Positions 58,952 through 64,000 of a stretch of DNA of 64,000 nucleotides are shown one piece after another. Position numbers and translations under genes: made by a program. The first letter of the stretch is position 1, and the number at the start of each line of letters is the position of its first letter. This DNA is from Glaucostegus cemiculus. Lineage: Eukaryota. Under the pieces are notes generated by a model. The model had not been told where the DNA came from. It did no database searches and worked only from the letters and a program-made list of their open reading frames with translations. Location: NCBI GenBank assembly GCA_976551045.1, contig CDPCPM010000103.1, positions 20,398,001 through 20,462,000 on the forward strand, read 5' to 3'.

Positions 58952-59439
58952 TGTAGCTTTTAGAACCCTTGTTTGTAGTTGCAGAGAACAATACCTATAC
59001 CCCTAAAGTTACTGTCTCCTACATTCCTTTTCACTCCCTCAGTTTCATTGGCCCTGTGGTCAGATTGCTCAATCACCTTGCAGTCTCTGCTCTCATCCAG
59101 CTGGGCTGCCAGAACACTGTACCTGCCAGAACAGTCCAGGGGCTGAGACTCTGCCAGTGCTGTCTCCTGGATCCCTATTCCTACCTCATTAGTTAGCCTG
59201 TGAATGAAAATCCCAAAATAAAACACATATTTGAGGACACAAGATAAGGTGAGGGAATACAAGTAAATAGGATAATGAGAAGTGTAAAGAACATTTGTTT
59301 CTATTTGTGCCATTAATTTATGCATGTCCACATATCCCTAAGGTAGATAATGTGGATAAGCAAGATTAAGAGGTTGATTGTTTTAATAAGTGAGACATGG
59401 AATGTAAGGACTAGAACTGCACGACCACAAATTAGGTCA

Positions 59440-60500
59440 CAGCATGATTTCTGCAAAGGGTTCTGGTCACCACATTCCTGGAAGGAGATGATTGCATTGA
59501 TATGGAATGGAGGCCATTTATGGAAATGCTGGCAGAACTGATGAATTTTGGCTTTGGAAAATTAATTGGATAGACTGAGCTTGTTTTCTTTGGAGCAGAG
59601 GAGGCTGAGTGAAGATTTAATTGAAATGTATAAAATTACAATAACCCTAGGCAGTGTGATTAAGAAATAAATCCTTCCTAGATTGATAGAGAGGTTAAAG
59701 TAGAATTGAGAATTTTACTTGCGTAGATCATGTTCTGTGTTTGTGTGTGTGCGCAGAGGGTCGCTGTCTGAAATGGTGGAAGAAACAGGAACCTTCATCA
59801 AATCTTTAAAAAGTTTTGGTCCCTTTTACCTAAGAAAGGATACAGTAGTATTAGAGGCAGTCCAAGGAAATTCACCAGACTAATTCCTGGGATATGAGAG
59901 TTGACCTATTGTAGGGGCTGAAGTATTTGGATCTGTGTTCTTTGGAGTTTGGAAGAATGAGCGATGACCTTATTGAAACATGCAAGATCCTAAGGGGACT
60001 TGACAGGATGGATGTTGAGATATTTTCACTAATGGAAGGGTTTCAAATAAGGAGACTGCTTTATAACATAAAGTGCTGATCATTTAAAATTGAGGTGCTC
60101 AGATATCTCTTCTCAGTGGGTAGTGAAGTTCTGGAGTTCTCTACCCCCAGAAGGTGGTAGAGGCAAGGTTATTAGAAATATTTAAGGTGGTGATAGATAA
60201 GCATTTGAAAAATGGAGCAATTGATGCTATGGGAACCGGCACAGAAGAGGAGTTGAGGCCAGTATAGGTTAGCCATGATCAGAGTAAGCAGTGGGGCAGG
60301 CTGAAGGGGTTTGGTGGCCTACTCTTCCAGTTTTCTTATGTGCTTGTGTACGTACCTAGATGGGCACTTGGAGAGCCTTAATCTTCTGTTGTACAGACCA
60401 AGACCTGGAAAGTGTGATATGACTGGGTGCTCTTTTGTTTTCAGATGACATTGATATGATTGACTGAATGGCCTGCTTTTGTACTGTGAATTTCTATGTA
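59440..60500 (+). mobile_element. Degenerate CR1 3' fragments
   Basis: FWSPHSWKE, ttttctttggagcagaggaggctgag, and tail tggcctactcttccagttttcttatg. Confidence 0.7.
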
Positions 60501-61226
60501 CAAGCATAATGGACTGACCATTGCATAGGAGAGAATCTACTTTTTCTCTTGTGATGTTCATTTGTTATGAAATAATCTTGACTTTTGTGTGGATGGTGTG
60601 ACTATTATTTCTCTAATTCTTGTCCTTTGTCTTAGAGCCATAGAGTTGTTCAGTACAGAAACAGACCCTTCAGCCCACCATCAAATACTTGCCCACACTG
60701 ATCTCATTTACCAGCATTTGGCCCATAGTCTTTTATTCCTTAGTGATTCAAGAGCTTGCCTAGATACTTAGTATTCAGTTACAAACTTGCCCAATCTTTT
60801 AAAAGAACAGTTGTTATGTGAAGTGTTTCATATTTCCCTGGCATCTTGCTCTCTTGATTGTTTAAAACTAATCTGATAGCAAATTGCCATCTCTTTCATA
60901 TTCATCATGTGACTTATTCCCTTATGCTCAATTTTTGTACAATGTGCATGGTTGGAATGGGCCTTGCATTGCATCCCAATCGTGTTAAATACATTGGAAA
61001 ATCTAAGCTTTGTTAATTGTCCACCATGAATAAACTTTTGTTCATGGAATACTTGGTAGGTGTGACATTGAAACTTACAAAAACTGGCACTGCAAGGTAG
61101 AGCAATAGTACGTTAAGTTTTTGTTGAATTATCAGCAGGTAAGTTTGGATTTTGCCATGTGTTTCTTTCTTTTGAGTACTGAATTTACTGTCTAATTAAG
61201 TGCTTTTTTTCTATTTTGTTAAATAG

Positions 61227-61319
61227 TATGGACCTGTATCTATAGTCTCTGATCAAAGTGAAATACGGGCTCTTGGAGATGAACATCCTGAAGACAGAAT
61301 TTATCAACAAAAAGTACAA
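61227..61319 (+). CDS. OTUB2: OTUB2 (otubain deubiquitinase) coding exon 2 (YGPVSIVSDQSEIRALGDEHPEDRIYQQKVQ); gene continues beyond the window
   Basis: Acceptor ttttgttaaatAG and donor CAA|GTATGA, 93 nt. Resembles remembered OTUB2 LISEKCDILSILRDHPENRIYRRKIE and OTUB1 NIYQQKIK. Synteny with ASB2 and CCDC197 favours OTUB2. Confidence 0.85.
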
Positions 61320-64000
61320 GTATGATACTTTTTTAATTATAAATTATGTGAAGGCCTAATACTGCTATTTTTCATTGCATTTACTATTGTTTCACAAATT
61401 AAATGGTTCAGTAATTCATTATTTGTGTCAGTCATGTTTATATAATGTGTATATATATATATGGTACTTTCTGGGAGAGTGTGAATTTACTGCATCTTGT
61501 GTATCGTATGCACATAGGATAGTGAATACAGTAACATCTTAAACAATTTGCCTGGACTTGCATTTTTGCCAAAATTTTAAGTGAACAGCTTGCCTCTTTG
61601 GCCTGCAGCTGGTAGGTGTGGATTACATAGCACAGCCATTCTTTAAATGATGTAGCTAGCATTACTTCTTTCCATGCACTGTTTATATTTAAAACAGACA
61701 TCATCCTTTATTCTGTTAGATGCCAAAGATCGTAACACAACCTATATGCTCATTGGGCTATTGGAAGTCCACAGTAGTAAGGATTTGGTCCTGAATTATC
61801 AGTTTTAGCTATTTCTAGGAATTGGACTGTATCTGATGCATTTATCATAAATTTTCATCATTACACTGTTTACCAAGAAATTCTAAAACTTGTACTGTGG
61901 TACTAGTGTTACATACTTTTTTCAAATAACATATATCATAGTTTTCCTGGTTGATTTAGATACGCATCAAAAATGAGCAATCAGGATGCTTTTGATCGAC
62001 CAATGTTAAAATCTATTTATGTTTCACTAAATGTACAAAAACCTAATTTCTACAGTCATAGACCAAGCAGAGCCTGTTTTCTAAATCACACCCCTATGTT
62101 CTAAATCACACATGGTGTGTTTAAAAAAAAAAGTTAAGCAACAAGTAAGTTTAAATGGCCTGACAGCATCTGTATAGAAAGGAAATTAGTTAACCTTTCA
62201 GATTTAATTCTTAGTCATATCCTGAATATACTTCAGATGAAAGCATAATAGATGAGGGGAATAAACAGCTCCTTACAAGTGATTACATTTTAAGTATTTA
62301 TAGCCTGGATTTTCCTGAGTGTGACTTGCTCTACACATTCCCTGTTTCTCCAATCATTGAATGTGGAAGGTCAATCTCTCTGGCTCAGACAGTCCCAGAG
62401 CCAAATGGCAAGAACCTGACAGGAAGCAGGGTGTCAGACTGGAGCAATCTGGGCAGCCCTCTCGAGCACTCCTCAAAACCTAGTCCCCAGTTACACCAGT
62501 TATTGGTGCTGTCAAGGTTGTTATAAAAACATGAAACAATACACAAGTAATTTAAGAAGGTAGTTGTCCTCATCTTCCTTTCTTTCCTGCAGCCCCAGAA
62601 TCCCTATTCAAATAAGGGGCTCTTGGATTCTCTGCCAAGTCTAACTTAACACCGGATCCAAGTGCAGACTTTCCATTCTGAATCTGCTGGGGAATCCAAG
62701 CAAGGTCCTATTCAAAAGAAAGCCTAGAGGTGGAGCCCAGCCAGGAAGTTCAGGACTCTTCAAGAGTTCTTAATTTACTGACACTTAAACAAGAACTGCC
62801 AGCATAATCTGGACTGACATTTTCCCCTTCTTTACCAATGCTCCCTGGCCACTGAGTGTTTGCAACAGTTCTGTTTTTATTCAAGCATCTGTTGAATTTT
62901 ATTTTATTTTCCTTAATTCTAACTGTGGCTGATGCATTTTATGTTTATGTAAACTGAGAAAATGTATGCACGGTTAGAATTAGTCATACAGTTTGAAAAT
63001 GAGTGCTTGGGGCCATTGTGTCTATATTGACTATGAAGCACCAATCGATGTTAATCCCATTTAATTCTCTCAACATTACCATCATCTTCTCCCAGATTCC
63101 ACCAGTCGCCCACACAATAGGGGCAATTTACAGTGGCCAATTAATCTTCCATTTGCTGTCTCTGGGATGTGGGAGGAAACCCACAGAGTCTTGGGGAGAG
63201 GGTGGAAAGTCCACACAGACACCACTGGGGGTCAGCATTGGACCCAGTTGCTGGAGCTGTGTGACAGCATCTCTACCAATTGTACCTCTGAATTACCCCA
63301 TTCTGCATTTGCATCCATCAAATGCAAAGGATAACTTAGAGTGTGTTTGTTCAAGCCTGCAGTCCTTCACTGACTTCCTGGAAGAAGCATCTTTGATGGA
63401 AGTGTTATGAGTGCAGAACCCAAGATGGCAGTGGGGGGGTGGGTGGGAGAGGGGCCCTGTTAGATCCATCACAAGCATGGCCCAGGTTGGATGGAAGCAG
63501 GTACTGGAATATGAAAATGAATGCAAAAGAGGAATGTCCAGCCACTATCTGAAGCGTAAGGCCATCCTTATGTGATAATATAATTAGGCATCAGAATGCA
63601 GGGAGCCTTGGCACATATGATTGTCTAACCATTCATTTAATTTGTAGGAAATCTGCCTCTTTAATCTGAAATAATTAAGTTATATGAGAAAAATATCAAA
63701 TGAAATTAAAAATGCTGATTTTTTGTTGGAAAAGCAGATTTTGGCATGGTGTTGTTTTATTTAAATAAAACATTTGTGTGCCTCAGTTTCTGAAACTTGC
63801 TGCACATTTATCGTTGCTTGGAGATTCAGGATATCCTTTTTGCTGGAAAAGCGAACAGCAAATTCTTGTGCAGAAATTATTCCTATTATTTCAGTTTGGA
63901 CCTTCAAAATTCCCTAAGTAAAATAACAAGGAAACTGCTATAAAATAAAACTTTTACAAACCTGATTTTTTTGGTAAACATTTATGCTTTAAAGACTCAA

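Larger units (their letters stand above)
58315..59175 (-). mobile_element. CR1 ORF1-like remnant (SGNH-type), split by a PLE insertion
   Basis: IHVGTSNTG...KEYKQLG.KLKSK..IASG and VGDSNFRGI..VLC. Confidence 0.6.

Noticed and set aside
61228-61245. ATG at the start of OTUB2 exon 2 as the initiation codon
   Set aside because: It is out of frame with the otubain sequence and stops after 5 codons.
1-64000. Prokaryotic or viral system (operon, CRISPR array, retron, defence island)
   Set aside because: The DNA has spliced vertebrate genes and vertebrate retrotransposons. There are no regularly spaced direct repeats and no compact gene clusters. The RT ORFs are non-LTR retrotransposon remnants.

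Overview
This is eukaryotic vertebrate genomic DNA, most likely from a cartilaginous fish (shark, ray or skate), judged from the V-SINE, Deu-SINE, CR1, Rex1 and Penelope repeat mix. It contains no prokaryotic system or CRISPR array. Three protein-coding genes can be rebuilt from splice signals. (1) The first coding exon of ASB2 (beta/UIM isoform) lies on the minus strand at 370-620. (2) A complete 9-exon CCDC197 / CCDC42-family coiled-coil gene lies on the plus strand at 14985-45286, with a 1179-nt CDS (392 aa), all introns GT-AG and consistent phases. (3) The CpG-island promoter and first two coding exons of OTUB2 lie on the plus strand at 54571-54582 and 61227-61319. The ASB2-CCDC197-OTUB2 order is, from memory, the one at human 14q32. 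Most ORFs in the track are retrotransposon fragments or spurious. The most notable signals are: minimal hammerhead-ribozyme motifs in Penelope-like element (PLE) termini; repeated PLE insertion into older PLE termini with 13-14 bp target-site duplications (TSDs); PLE-derived fold-back minis; V-SINEs with swapped LINE tails; an inverted near-identical Rex1 pair around an in-frame exon block; a perfect 24-bp palindrome; and an overlapping uORF in OTUB2. Repeat boundaries are approximate and read by eye.
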